64,000 bases of DNA from Octopus vulgaris (GCA_951406725.2 OX597831.1:74524001-74588000), one strand, 5' to 3'; shown: positions 37,612-52,733, counted from the stretch's first letter. Made by a program: numbers and translations. Notes: generated by a model from the sequence alone, not told the origin.

Positions 37612-38126
37612 TTTTTTTTTTCTCATTCTCATTATTATTATCTTATATACATATATGGATCAAAGCAGTCGGTACACTTGTGTTTCAAGCGTGATGCCAG
37701 TCATCAGCCATTTTGAATTTGAATCAACAGAAGTTGATTGTTATTGCCGTAAGGTAGGCTGTGATTGGTCGAGGAAGGTCACGCGGTATCGTGGTTTGAT
37801 GTTGGCATATGGGCAACACACACACACACACTCACATGTACATATTGGTGTAAAGTCGCATTCAACACGTTCGAGTGCACTCAGGCGAACTGTGAGTGTC
37901 GGTAGAGATTATTCTTCTTCGATGCGCAAGAGTCACTGCGAACGAACGTTTCTCATGCGTTTCTGTGTCACTTAACTTCTTCAGCTACGAAAACCCACAA
38001 CGATCACTGGTGTCTACTCGCACGTGTTGACACTCTTCACGGATTTAGTTCATTCAATACTGCTTCGCGTGACGTCACACACACACACACACACACACTT
38101 ACATACGTACACACACACATACACGC

Positions 38127-38555
<429 letters not shown>

Positions 38556-38567
38556 ATATATATATAT

Positions 38568-38767
38568 AAAGATAAATTAAATAGAGAGATATTCTATTGA
38601 CAATCCAGTAAATTATTAATATTATATTACATGATATACTATGAATATAGCAACATCATAGTAAAAATTGATTTTGTTATATTATATTCATAGCATATCA
38701 TGTAATATTATAATATAAATAAATTATTGGATTGTCAATAGAATATCCCTCTATTTAATTTATCTTT
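38568..38767. repeat. 200-bp AT-rich foldback
   Basis: AAAGATAAATTAAATAGAGAGATATTCTATTGACAATCC pairs with GGATTGTCAATAGAATATCCCTCTATTTAATTTATCTTT; pairing continues inward. Confidence 0.85.
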
Positions 38768-38889
38768 GTAATTGTATTATGCCCATATTTAAGTGGAATC
38801 CAACTGATGTACCAGTGAATAGGATGTTTAACACACCCCTTTGAAGGGTCTCTATTCCTCACTTTGTTACTTCATATAGTACTTCATAC

Positions 38890-38941
<52 letters not shown>

Positions 38942-38999
38942 TATATGCATACACACACATAAATATACATATACTTTGATACTTTGATACTTTGATAGG

Positions 39000-39287
39000 T
39001 TTCGGCCATTATTGGCCCAGGCCATGTCTAACTTAATAGCACCACCTGGTGAAGTCTTTCAAGTCAGAATTTGGGCACTTGGCTTGGGCACTATGGCCCA
39101 CTCAAGTAGAGAGTTATTGTTTACAGAGACATATCCGGGTGTAGGGGGTTTATCCAGGATTTCTTGAAGGAATCTGTCCAGAGACTTCTTGAACCCTATA
39201 GGGTCAGTTTCTGTTTTAATGTGTTTTGGTGTAATGTTAAAGAGAGCAGGGCCAATTGAGGTGAAATAATTGTGCCGTATTGTTGTT

Positions 39288-39290
<3 letters not shown>
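39000..39290 (-). pseudogene. CR1/L2-type LINE C-terminus
   Basis: [19 protein letters not shown]...[16 protein letters not shown]. Confidence 0.75.
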
Positions 39291-39340
<50 letters not shown>

Positions 39341-39692
39341 TATACATATATATACATATATATACATATACACATATATATACATAAACATATATATATA
39401 TAATATATATATATACATATATATATATGTACATATACATATATATACATACATACATACATATATGTACATAAACATATACATATATACATATATATAT
39501 ATATATAAAATATATGTACGTATACATATATATATATACATATATATGCATATACATATATATATACATAAACATATATATATATACATATATATATATA
39601 TTATATATGTATACATATATATATATACATATACATATATATGTATACATATACATATACATATATATGTATACATATACATATATATATAC

Positions 39693-39767
<75 letters not shown>

Positions 39768-40147
39768 CATTCAACATTCTGACTACCTTGTTATTCCCAA
39801 TACATTCGCGCGCCCGCGCGCACACACACAGACATATAAATTCAATATATCGTCTGAGTATTTGTCCATTTGCTCGTTTCCTGTGTCGTTACTTATTTTG
39901 TGACTCGACAATTCCCGGCGTCGTTTGCCGTTGGCACCCCCCAATAGAGAATCCAATATAATCGGTTAGGTGCAACATTGTGATAGACCGTCTCGCCGAT
40001 AACTGATGAGGGATTAGCGGCCCTCCGTGTCTCTTGCTCGTTTGTTTGTGCATTTATTATATGCTTTTAACTCATTATGTATGTATGTATGTATGTATGT
40101 ATGTATGTATGTATGTATGTATGTATGTATGTATGTATGTATGTATG

Positions 40148-40686
40148 TCAGGTCACTTTCGAGTGTAACCCAGTACAACCTGTTGCATGGTCGGGTCGTT
40201 GGCGACTAAACCGGCAACCCCACCAAGCTTGCTTGGTGAGGAGAGTGTTTATTGGACACCCTGCGGGATGAAAAACAAAACCCGTCAAAGGGCGGAGGAA
40301 CTCTTGAGAGTCAACGGCCATCCAATAAATGCCTTAAGGCTGTATCATGCGCGGGGACATAGAAATAATCGGACTGAATACCCGATCGCGCGGTTAAACC
40401 ATTGGGAGTGAAGGACTCCTAGCCTTTGTCAGGGCATCCTTCTAGGAGAAGGTAACTCAGGTAACTGGGATAACTCCGACATAAAATCTGCGGCTCAGTG
40501 GTTACCGATGATGTTGACTTGTTCTTCTTTTCGGATTATGGCTGCTGTTGCTTAGTGAGTGGGATTGACACAGTGCACAGCCTTTCCTCACTTTAAAAAA
40601 ATCTTCTTGCACAGGCATTGCATGATAACAACATTGATTAAGCTTCGTGCAATGGCCATACTCGATAACGAGGGGGCACCCACCAT
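40148..40686 (+). mobile_element. probable non-autonomous RTE-derived element in (TATG)n
   Basis: GGCATCCTTCTAGGAGAAGGTAACTC resembles RTE 5' UTR motifs as I recall them; (ATGT)n on both sides. Confidence 0.4.
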
Positions 40687-41238
40687 GTATGTATGTATGT
40701 ATGTATGTATGTATGTATGTATGTATGTATGTATGTATGTATGTATGTACGTATGTATGTATGTATGTATGCATGTATGTATGCATGTGTCTATAGTAAC
40801 TCGGAGTTGTTTCACAATCTGATTGTTCAACATATCTCTTAAACACTCGGTATTCTGAAAGCCAGTTACGATTTAAGAGAACTCGGTCTCTAATAAAATA
40901 TATATATACACACCTTCTGTTATGTATTGAGTATTTCTCACCGTGTGCTTTTGTGTGTGTGTGTGTGTGTGTACAAGTATATGTGTAGTATCTTTACAGT
41001 TGCAAAACCACTACAGACCTCCCACGAAGACAAATGAGATGATGAAAGTGGGTGTGCACTTTTTCCTCTGTGTGTGTATGTATGTATGTATGTATGTATG
41101 TATGTATGTATGTATGTATGTATGTATGTATGTATGTATGTACACACTTTCCTGTTTGTATGTGTTGTATTTGTTGTTAGACCTATGCACTTTACAACGC
41201 CTCCCGGACTGGTGAGTAGCGATGCTTACTTATAACAC

Positions 41239-41293
<55 letters not shown>

Positions 41294-41630
41294 ACATACG
41301 AATATATATATATGTATGTGTATGTGTGTATGTATGTGTGTGTATACGTGTGTGTGTATGTATGTGTATATATGTGTGTGTGTGTGTGTTTTATTTAATT
41401 GACGTGAAAAGAGGATTACGTACAAGCGAATATTTTCAGCTCAATCCCTCCATGACCGCATGATGGAGATAACTAGGTCATAGCATTATCGTCAGCATCA
41501 TCATCGCCATCATCATCATCATCTGCAGCAGCAGCAGCAGCACCAACACCACCACGACCACCCTCACCACCACCAGCAACATTCGCAATATTATCATTAT
41601 CATTGTCGTCATTCTTATCCTCATCATCAC

Positions 41631-41661
<31 letters not shown>

Positions 41662-42000
41662 GTCATCGTCATCGTCATCGTCATCATCATTATCATCATC
41701 ATCATCATCATCATCATCACCATCGTCGTCGTCGTCGTCGTCGTCAACGTCGTCGTCATCATCAGCGCATCGCAGATAGTTATTTTACCAGCCAACGACG
41801 GTATCTCAACAGAACCGGCTAGTCATGCTAGAAATAGCAGTGGAACAACCCTTTAAATTACACTCTATTCTTTTAAAAAATTTAAGGGGAAAACACATTC
41901 TACGATGTAGTCCTAGGTATATTTCGCCTAAATAAATAAACGGAATTTTTTTTATCGTGCAACCTATTAGTCTGCCTGACCAGGAGCCAAACGACACCAG

Positions 42001-42050
<50 letters not shown>

Positions 42051-42063
42051 GCTACAGCTACTG

Positions 42064-42098
<35 letters not shown>

Positions 42099-42121
42099 AC
42101 AAACATCAAGTTATACGGGAA

Positions 42122-42209
<88 letters not shown>

Positions 42210-42534
42210 AGGAAAGACAGAAAGAAAGAAAGAAAGAAAGAAGGAAAGTGTCAAAGGTTGGCTCGGGTCAAAGGTCGTGCGGAGTTTTGGTGATTCATGA
42301 ATTACATATCGAAGACATTTCCTACCTTTCTGCTTTTCTCACTCTCTCTTTTTCCTTCTCTGTCTACACACCTACCTACCTACTAACCAGCCACCACATA
42401 CATACATACATACATACATACATACATACATACATACATACATACATACACACATACATGCATACATACATACATACATACATACATACATGCATATATG
42501 CATACAATATATATAGATATGTATGTCTGTACAT

Positions 42535-42579
<45 letters not shown>

Positions 42580-42626
42580 TATGTATGTCTGTATATACAT
42601 ACATAGACACACACATACACATATAC

Positions 42627-42664
<38 letters not shown>

Positions 42665-42993
42665 ACATAATGTATATGTATATATATATATGTATATTAT
42701 CTTATATTATATATGTTTATGTATGTATATGCAGATATACATATGTATGTCTGCATACACCCCCCCACACACACACATACATATATACATACACCAATAC
42801 TCGAAATGAGGAGTAGATAGACAGCCGACAACTGACGAAGGGTCGGTCTCTAAGTTTACTTGTCCTGTTTTCCATTTATTTCTCTCTCCTTGTTTGCGTA
42901 CTGCACTCATTTGTTTTCGTGTTCCATGTTGTTTACTGTTTGGTGACGACCTGTACCCATATACGCATGTGTGTGTATATATATATATATATG

Positions 42994-43090
<97 letters not shown>

Positions 43091-43099
43091 TATACATAC

Positions 43100-43487
43100 A
43101 CACGTCCAGACCTCTCATACGCACTAATACTCTCTTATACACACACACACACTCTTCTCATACACACACACACACACACTCTTATGTTGGAGCGAGGTCA
43201 TTCAACCCTATTATCTCCCCTAATTTCGCTCTTGCGTCTCACGTTTGATCTTTGACTTCTGGCCGAAATCAGATCGCCATGTTGATTCGCTAGCTTCTGC
43301 ACTCATATTTTTTTTTCTCTCCTTCTTTTTGTGTTTTTTCTCTGTGTATCTTTCTGTTGAAGAGCGTAGGCTCGAAACCTTAAAGACTTGTTTTATTTAT
43401 ATTTCCTGAGCGCCATACTAATACAATTGTTTGTTTGTATTCCACCTGCCTTCGTCTTTTGTCTATTTTCATAAAGCTTCCCGTTAT
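43100..43487 (+). mobile_element. Penelope-like 3' region with hammerhead-like motif (43349-43386)
   Basis: Homologous (inverted) to the UTR downstream of the GIY-YIG fragment at 43795-44640; TCTTT-CTGTTGA-A-GAGC-GTAG-GCTC-GAAA-CCT-T-AAAGA. Confidence 0.65.
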
Positions 43488-43492
43488 ATATA

Positions 43493-43629
<137 letters not shown>

Positions 43630-43630
43630 G

Positions 43631-43665
<35 letters not shown>

Positions 43666-43688
43666 GTATATATATATATATATATATG

Positions 43689-43734
<46 letters not shown>

Positions 43735-43794
43735 TGCGTATATGGGTACAGGTCGTCACCAAACAGTAAACGACATGGAACACGAAAACAAATG

Positions 43795-44640
43795 ATCTAT
43801 CATGGCGTCCTGACTTCGGACAGTGGTCAGACGCGAGGACAGTAGGGGAGATAACAGGGTCAAGTGACTTCCAATACGAAGGTGCTCCCAACACAAAGGT
43901 GCGTGTGTGTATAAGAGAGTATGCATGTGCGTGTGAAAGAGGGCTGGTGGTCTGGACGTGTGTGTGGGTGGTGTGTTGTGATATGTATGTGTAGGTGTTA
44001 AGAAGTGGGGATGGGTGTGTGGATGGTGTGCTGTGGCTTAGGCTGGGGGTTGGGGTGGAGTGGGGGTTGTGGGTAAGTAGAGGGTGGGGTTATAGGTGAG
44101 GTATGTGGGGAGGGGTATGGGATAAGGGTGAGGTATGTGGGGGAGAGGTGTGTAGGGTAAGGTGTGGAGTAGAGTGCGAGAAGGGGTGGGAAAGATAGGG
44201 AAGGTGGAGTTGGGGTGGGTGGGTTTATGGGGGAGGGGTAGGTGGGTATATGAGGAGAGAGAGGAGGAGAGGAGAAGAAAGGGGAGGGGGGAAGGAGAAA
44301 GAAGAGAGGGGAGGAGGGAGAGGAGGAGAAGGAGGAGGAGGGGAAGAGGGAAGAGGAGAGAAGAAGAGGGAGAAGAGGGAAGAAGGGAAGAAGAGGGAAA
44401 GAGAGTAGGGGTGAAAAGATGTAGGACTGAAGAGAAGTAGGAGTCGGAGAGAAGGTTAGATGAAAAGGGGGGGGTAGAGTTCAGCCCAAATGGCGTAAAA
44501 GAGCGAAGAGAGAAGATGAATCCCTGTTCACGGCGCAAGCGGGAATCCGGATGGCCTCTGTGCAAGGACAATCCGAACACAGGCAGGTGTTGCAAGGAGT
44601 GACCGGTGTAGCGGAAATGGCGTGAGACTGGAATGTCATT
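43795..44640 (-). pseudogene. Penelope-like element: GIY-YIG endonuclease C-terminus plus 3' region
   Basis: DIPVSRHFRYTGHSLQHLPVFGLSLHRGHPDSRLRREQGFIFSLRSFTPFGLN fits the PLE motif V..HF...H.....R...E...I..L....P.GLN. Confidence 0.8.
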
Positions 44641-44898
44641 TATATTTATATTTTTATGATTGTAAATTTTTCTTTATATAAACATTTAAATAAACACGTT
44701 TTTAAAATCATTTTTATTAAATTGAAATATCTTAGGCTTACTTCTGTACTATTTCCACCTCCATTGTGGGTCGTTGACGACATTTTCTCTCCCGTTTTCT
44801 TTTCTCTTAGACTTTGCGCCATTTCCTGTTTTGATGGACATATAGCGATTCGTAAAACCGAATCAGAAAATCTCTAGTAAGACCTTTTTATTCTTTTA

Positions 44899-44950
44899 TT
44901 TATGTACCCGAAGAGACCCAGAACGGGGTCGAAACATGTGTCGTACTAAA
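44899..44950 (+). ncRNA. minimal type I hammerhead ribozyme (U4C core)
   Basis: GTAC-CCGAAGA-GACCC-AGAACG-GGGTC-GAAA-CATGTG-TC-GTAC; GUC triplet at 44940-44942. Confidence 0.65.
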
Positions 44951-45102
44951 TAAAATATTTTATTCCATCTATTTTATTAATGCTGTTACCTCAACCACCA
45001 CTACGAAGTCCCTGCAATGAACCTACGGATAACAACAAGAAATCGAAACTCTGCCGGTGCTTTACTCATTATCTATTTATACATTTTGTACAATTTCTCC
45101 AT

Positions 45103-45129
<27 letters not shown>

Positions 45130-45134
<5 letters not shown>

Positions 45135-45335
45135 ATCCCAAAAGAAAACTAGGAAAAACACAAGAAAAGACAACGCGAGGACGTGGCACATGCAAAGTAT
45201 TAGCAGACGCTCAGGGAAGGAAAGAAAGTTGGTTTTAGATTTCGAGGAAAGCTCTTCGTCAGAAACAGGAGACAGAGGAAAGTCCAAGAGGAAAGGCAGA
45301 CTGCGGGAAAAAATCGCCAACGTTCCACATGTGGT

Positions 45336-45340
<5 letters not shown>
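45130..45340 (-). mobile_element. Penelope-type terminal repeat with hammerhead-like motif (45232-45266)
   Basis: rc GTTT-CTGACGA-A-GAGCTTTCCTC-GAAA-TCT-A-AAAC; same family as 30270 and 32475. Confidence 0.55.
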
Positions 45341-45433
<93 letters not shown>

Positions 45434-45900
45434 TAAAGAGAGAGAGAGTACCGCGACGTGTAATCACGGAGGTGTAAGTTCGTGTTTCATAGCCGGCCGC
45501 CAACACTTTTTTCTGCAAAATAGGGGTAGCTTATCCTGTTCAAGCTATATCATTAGCATTATCCTGCGTTTGAGAATTTAAAATCACTTCTTTTACTTTC
45601 TAAGACATCTGAACCCTTCTAAAGCAAACTTCGATTGTTGTCAAGCGATGGTGGAGAGACAAACACAGATACAAAGATACAGACACATACATACATACAT
45701 ACATATACATACACATATATACATACATAGATATATATATGTGTGTGTGTGTGTGTGTATACAACGAGCTTCTTTCAGTTTCCGTCTACCAAATCCACCC
45801 ACAAAGCTTTGGTCAACTTGAGGCTATAGCAGAAGCACTTGCCCAAGGTGCCACGCCTGCGCCTATATATATATATGTTTGTGTGTGTGTGTGTGTATTG

Positions 45901-45960
<60 letters not shown>

Positions 45961-46486
45961 ATACACACATGCTTCCCAATCACGTGGTTCCAGGTTCAGT
46001 CGCACTGCGTGGCACCGCCTTGAAGGGGTCTTAATCGAACAAATCGACCTCAGGACTTATTTCTTAAGCCAAATACTGATTCTATCGGGTCCTTTTCCCG
46101 AACTGTTAAGTTACGGGGGCGTAAACACAGCAACACCGGTTGTCAAAAATGATGGCGTACAAAGACACAAAGACGTTCACACATACATACATACACACAT
46201 ACATACATACATACATACATACATACAAACAAACATACATTATATATATATACATACACACACACACACACACACTCAGAAAACAAAAGACGAAGACAGC
46301 TAAAAGAATAACAAGAAGGGGTATTAGTTTAACGCTCAGGAAGAATGGGAAAATCTTTTACGTTTCGAGCCTACACTCTCCAACAAAAAGAATTAAGAGG
46401 GAAAAAATTAAGAGAGGAAAGCTATGCGGAGTTCAACAGGTCCAACATGGCGAAAAGACTGGAAAAAGGAGGCTGAATGAAGGGGA

Positions 46487-46571
<85 letters not shown>

Positions 46572-46896
46572 TAATAATAATAATAATAATAATAACGCTA
46601 ATGGTGATCCCAACCAACTAAGGTACGCAAGCGTGCGTGTGTGTATGTGAGAATGGTATGTGTAAGTGCGTATGTCGAATGGGGGTGAGCGTGTGAGCAT
46701 GTATATATGTGGGCGAGTGTATGTGTGTGTGTGCGTATGGACGTGTGTGTATGTGCATGTGTATGGACGTGTGTACATGTGTGAGGTGAACGTGTGTGCG
46801 TTGTGTGTACGGGTGTGTGTGTGTGTGTGTGTGTGTCTGACCAAATTTTTGAATGTGTATAGTGTATGTTTGTGTGCGAAAGGTATCTGTGTCTAT

Positions 46897-47053
46897 CTCT
46901 CAAATTCCGCCGAGGTCGACTTTGCCTTTCATCCTTTCGGGGTCGATAAATAAAGTACCAGTTACGCACTGGGGTCGATGTAATCGACTTAATCCGTTTG
47001 TCTGTCCTTGTTTGTCCTCTCTGTGTTTAGCCCCTTGTGGGCAATAAAGAAAT
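46897..47053 (+). mobile_element. SINE-C, 5'-truncated, with 16-bp TSD
   Basis: AGGTATCTGTGTCTAT at 46881-46896 and 47054-47069. Confidence 0.9.
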
Positions 47054-47447
47054 AGGTATCTGTGTCTATGTGTGTTACTTTATGTTGAACCGTGTTGCGC
47101 ATGTGTGTATATATTGTCTGTTTTCAGGTATTGTGTTTTTCTGTCAGTGTGGGGGTGCGCGTGATAGCGGTGGCGTGTCAACTGAGTTAAAGTGTGTGTG
47201 TGTGGTTTAGTAGTATGTGTGGTGACACTATTGAAGATTCTGGACGTGTGTTGTCGGTGCCAATGTGTGTGGCGCGCGAAGGTGTTTGCGGGTGCATGTG
47301 TAACGGTGTGTGAAGTGAGCAATGAGTTATATATGTATATATACGACGGGTTTCTTTCAGTTTCCGTCCGCAATGGGACTAAAACCGGAAACATGTGGTT
47401 GGAAAGTAAGTTTCTTAGCACACAGGCATATTTCATAATAAGTGTTC

Positions 47448-47529
<82 letters not shown>

Positions 47530-47975
47530 TTTTGTCTTGGTATAAAAGATGGGTTGCCTCAAATATTCTACTCAATACCACAGATTTGCTTGTCAGTTGT
47601 CTGACCATAACCAGTTGACCATGTCCTTTGGTGGCATCTCTGATCACGAGCAGAAGTAGTGGGGGAGCATCACAACCATGTATTGAGAGGAATTCGCTGG
47701 GGTTTAAATAATTCTCCTCTGGAAACATGGGTGTTTCGTTCAACATCCTTAAATAACCCTTATTCAGGGAACTTTTGAGCGGGATGGGTTACTCGACCAG
47801 AAAAAAATTCTAACTGGGCCCCACGTGCAAGGTCATGTGCTGTTTATCTTGATATGACATCACCATGTTACGCACATATGGTTGTGATGCATGTGCTTGG
47901 TGTACCCTTATCAGACGGGTAGTCATGATGGGTATATTGGGCTTCATATATTTGTATCCTGCTCTCTCACTCAAT
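47530..47975 (+). mobile_element. repeat in (TAA)n, probable LINE 3' region
   Basis: Flanked by TAA tracts; longer copy of 20711-20873. Confidence 0.6.
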
Positions 47976-47980
47976 AATAC

Positions 47981-48043
<63 letters not shown>

Positions 48044-48049
48044 TAATAA

Positions 48050-48577
48050 TAAAGAAAGATAGATGCAAATAGGCCAGACATCATATTGAAAGACTTCAGA
48101 CAAAGAACATGCCTCCTCATTGATATGACTGTCCCAATCGATATAAACGTATCTGTCAAGACCTACCAAAAACTGAGCAAATATAAAGATCTTGAAATAG
48201 AAATCAGCAAAACGTGGAACCTGAAGACTAAAACAATACCTGTTGTCAAAGGTGCCCTGAGAATGATAGCAAAAGGGGCTGATTGTTACCTAACTCAGAT
48301 ACCAGGAAACCCAAAAATGGCAGAAATTCAAAAGATAGTGCTCCTGGGAACTGCCCATATCCTACGCAAAATACTTTCTATGTAATCTCAGAGTTTAAAA
48401 CAAACATAATTTTCCTTTTTTTTAGACATTCACTAGTACCACACCAAAAAAAAAATAAATAAATATATGGCACACTAGGCATAACAACAACATGAACTTC
48501 CAACCTGTTGTCTCTTGAGGTCTCTGGGTGAGATTTGGAGCCAACTTGTACAAATATAAAGCAAAAGTCAAACATAT
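48050..48577 (+). pseudogene. R4/Dong-like LINE 3' end with restriction-like endonuclease
   Basis: ANRPDIILKD..CLLIDMTVP..KLSKYKDLEIEI..LGTAHILRKIL; (TAA)n both sides. Confidence 0.9.
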
Positions 48578-48938
48578 GATAATAATAATAATAATGATAA
48601 TAATAATAATAATAATAAAATTAGCTAGACGTAATATAAAACGAAAAAGTAAGAATTCATTGACCACATAAAGTGACCGAGGGTGCATTGTAGCACTTAC
48701 AATGCTAGAAATAAACACCCTTAGAGCCACAAACATAGTACAAGTCTATGTACTGACAAGGGAGTTAACCTCCCAATAGCGAGCGAGGGTTCTATATTGG
48801 CAAACCAATTTCGCTTGAAATTAAAGCTCATCAGTAGCACTTCTCCATCGCTGATAGTAAAGTTGAACCCAAGCGGTCAGTTTATAGATTTTACCGTCGG
48901 AATCAATGGCTGATTCAGTGAAATGGTAAAGTGAAAAT

Positions 48939-49325
48939 AGGAGGCGCAATGGCCCAGTGGTTAGGGCAGGGGACTCGCGGTCGTAGGATCGCGGTTTCGA
49001 TTCCCAGACCGGGCGTTGTGAGTGTTTATTGAACGAAAACACCTAAAAGCTCCACGAGGCTCCGGCAGGGGATGGTGGTGATCCCTGCTGTACTCTTTCA
49101 CCACAACTTTCTCTCACTCTTACTTCCTGTTTCTGTTGTACCTGTATTTCAAAGGGCCGGCCTTGTCACTCTCTGTGTCACGCTGAATACCCCCGAGAAC
49201 TACGTTAAGGGTGCACGTGTCTGTGGAGTGCTCGGCCACTTACACGTTAATTTCACGAGCAGGCTGTTCCGTTGATCGGATCAACCGGAACCCTCGTCGT
49301 CGGAACCGATGGAGTGCTTCCATCC
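48939..49325 (+). mobile_element. SINE-A, long-tail subfamily, full length
   Basis: 11-bp TSD AAAGTGAAAAT at 48928-48938 and 49326-49336. Confidence 0.9.
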
Positions 49326-49620
49326 AAAGTGAAAATTATAAAATAACGAAGGTTGTTAGACGCAATATAAAACCAAAACAAGAAGAATTCAGTTGTGACT
49401 AATGGTGAGTGAGCGTGCATTGTAGCACCTGCATTGCTAGAAATAGGAGTTAAATACCCTTGTAGCATAAGCCTACACACACATGTGTGTATGGGTGCGT
49501 TGGAAAAGAACAGAGAAAAAATAAGGGATGAATACGGGAACATGGAGGAAAAGAGAAATGGTATCTATTCGTGTCAACGACCTCACACACACACGCGCAC
49601 TCATAGACACAGACAAGTCG

Positions 49621-49707
<87 letters not shown>

Positions 49708-49712
49708 GAGAC

Positions 49713-49743
<31 letters not shown>

Positions 49744-49910
49744 CAGAGAGAGAGAGAAAGAGAGAAAGAGACAGAGACAGACATACAGACAGAGAGAGAG
49801 AGACAGAGAGAGAGAGAAAGAGAGAGAGAGGCAGACAGACAGAGAGAAAGAGAGAGAGACAGAGACAGAGAGAAACAGAGAGAGAGAGGGAGACAGACAG
49901 ACAGACAGAC

Positions 49911-49955
<45 letters not shown>

Positions 49956-50459
49956 GACAGACGGACAGACAGAGACAGAGAGCGGACTTCAGATCGCAAT
50001 ACACCAAACCCAAAACCCTTCCAAGCAAAGACACTAGTAGACCCCTTCCCAATCTCCACAACCGCCCCCAATAAATTGGTAGGGCGGAAGTGGACGATTG
50101 TTTGAAGGTCGTTCGATCGTCTAATCAATCAGGGAATCACATGAATCGATGGCATCATCGCCAGCTTCACCATTGTTGATAAATCGGTCAAGTGGGGGAG
50201 AGATAAGGGTTTTCAGGATGACGTCAAGTGGTGCCAAGTGTGCGGGTGTGGGAGACGTAACATGTGTGGACGGGTGTGTGTGTGTGTATGTGTGTGTGTG
50301 TGTCTATGTATATGTCCATATATAGATACAAACAAACGCTCGCGAGCGCACACACGCACACGAATGTATATATATATATATATATACACATGTATATATA
50401 TATAGAGAGAGAGAGAGGAGGAAAGCAGACACATGTACACACACATACACATACACATG

Positions 50460-50533
<74 letters not shown>

Positions 50534-50617
50534 GTTTTGTATGTGTGCGCGCGTGTATTTCTGATATATACGCGTATGTCCATATATAGAGAGACATGTA
50601 TGTAGAGATACACATAG

Positions 50618-50665
<48 letters not shown>

Positions 50666-51253
50666 GGTGTGTGTGTCACCTTAATCAAAGGTAGATAAGT
50701 TACAGGTGACAGTTTACAACACACAAACCGCTGATAAGCATCTTTTTACACATCGGACTATTGTTTCGCGATTTGTCATACTCAGCAGCTCACGTTGGCT
50801 TTTTAACATCCACCTACACACAAACACACACACACACATCCACCTACACACACACAAACACACACACGTATACAAACAACTATCTACATAGATACACACG
50901 AAATTTCCAGACACATTATAGACGCACACACACAAACACACACACACACACATACATACACACACACACACACACGTACACACATACGTGGACACATACA
51001 CACTTCCATTTATGTTTTCGCACAGAAACCTCCACACAAACACACACACACACACGCACACACATACACATACACGCATACATCCATACATACGCAGGTA
51101 TGCCCCCTACACGCGCACACACACACACACATTTACACAAGCACAAACATACAAACATGCTCCTCACATACACACTCGCGCGCTGATACATATACATAAA
51201 ACCATTCACACACCCGTGGAAACACTTTCATACTCGCTCACAGACACAGGCAG

Positions 51254-51302
<49 letters not shown>

Positions 51303-51789
51303 CTTGGTGCGAAAATTATTCCGATATTTGCCTATTACTCTCTGATATTTATTTTAGAATAAACTCTAATTTAACCATGTTCATTAGGAAGCCATGTTCA
51401 CAAACAGATTTCGGGGTATTTCCAGGGTTTTCAAACTGGGGTACATCTACCCGTGAGGGCCGTCATCGTGTATCGACGCGCTTTTCATAGCGCGTTGAAG
51501 ACACAACGAAAGTCTTCCTGATTAAGCGCGAGGTCTCCCACACAACGAAGCCATAGCATTACTTCCTTCCAATTTTCCCATCGTTGTTTCTTTCATGCAT
51601 ATAAATAGGCGCAGGAGTGGTTGTGTGGTAAGAGGCTTGTTTCCCAACCACATGGTTCTAGGTTCAGTCCCACTGCGTGCTAAGTGTCTTCTGCTATAGC
51701 TTTGGGTCAACCAAAACCTTTTCAGTGGATTTGGTAGACGGAAACTGAAAGAAGACCGTCGTATGTGTGTATGTATACTCTTTTAGTCT

Positions 51790-52175
51790 TTTTTACTTGT
51801 TTCAGTCATTTGACTGCGGCCATACCGGAACACAGCCTTTTGTCGAGCATATCGACCTCAGGACTTATTCTTTGTAAGCCTAGTCTCTTTTGCCGAACCG
51901 CTAAGTTACGGGGACGTAAACACACCAGCATCGGTTGTCAAGCGATGTTGGGAGGACAAACACAGACACACAAACATATACACACACATACATTAATATA
52001 TATACACATATATGACGGGCTTCTTTCAGTTTCCGTCTACCAAATCCACTCACAAGGCTTTGGTCGGCCCGAGGCTATAGTAGGAGACACTTGCCAAGGT
52101 GCCACGCAGTGGGACTGAACCAGGAACCATGTGGTTGGTAAGCAAGCTACTTACCACACAGCCACTCCTGTGCCT
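51790..52175 (-). mobile_element. SINE-B, full length
   Basis: Reverse complement of the 26117 type. Confidence 0.9.
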
Positions 52176-52248
52176 ATACACATATACATACATACATACA
52201 TACATACATACATACATGCATGCATACATACATACATACACACACACC

Positions 52249-52290
<42 letters not shown>

Positions 52291-52291
<1 letters not shown>

Positions 52292-52662
52292 TAGCAGTAT
52301 CGCCCGGCGTTGCTCGGGTTTGTTTCGACCCTTTAGATTTGAAATTTTCGAAAAGTAAAAATTTTGCAATATGTAGCTTGTTATTTTTTTTAAGTGAACA
52401 TTTTTCTGGTTGAAATACACCGAAAAATGGCGGCACAGCAGTCATAAAATCGTAAAAAATAGGGATTTTCATAGAAAAAAGCACATTTTTGATGCAAATA
52501 ATTTTTGGTGTTTTTTTAATTTTTTTCTTCTACGGAAGGAAGAGCAAGCCTTCTTCTATCATACTCTGAATTTTGGTCAACTTGCGCCGCAGGGTCTCAG
52601 AGGAAATAATGTTAGTTGAAGGCTACCAAACCTGCCATACACAGACAACTTCAGCTTTATAC

Positions 52663-52665
<3 letters not shown>
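52291..52665 (-). mobile_element. non-autonomous Helitron (same family as 4523-4918)
   Basis: CTAGCAGTATCGCCCGGCGTTGCTCGGG terminus; body matches 4523-4918; inserted in (TA)n. Confidence 0.8.

Positions 52666-52733
<68 letters not shown>

Noticed and set aside
43195-43260. AGGTCA half-site and DR1-like TGATCTTTGACTT
   Set aside because: Inside a Penelope-derived repeat
48620-49480. Diverged ~110-bp direct repeat (48620-48730, 49350-49470) suggesting LTRs
   Set aside because: No TG..CA ends, PBS or internal coding sequence; likely an old local duplication
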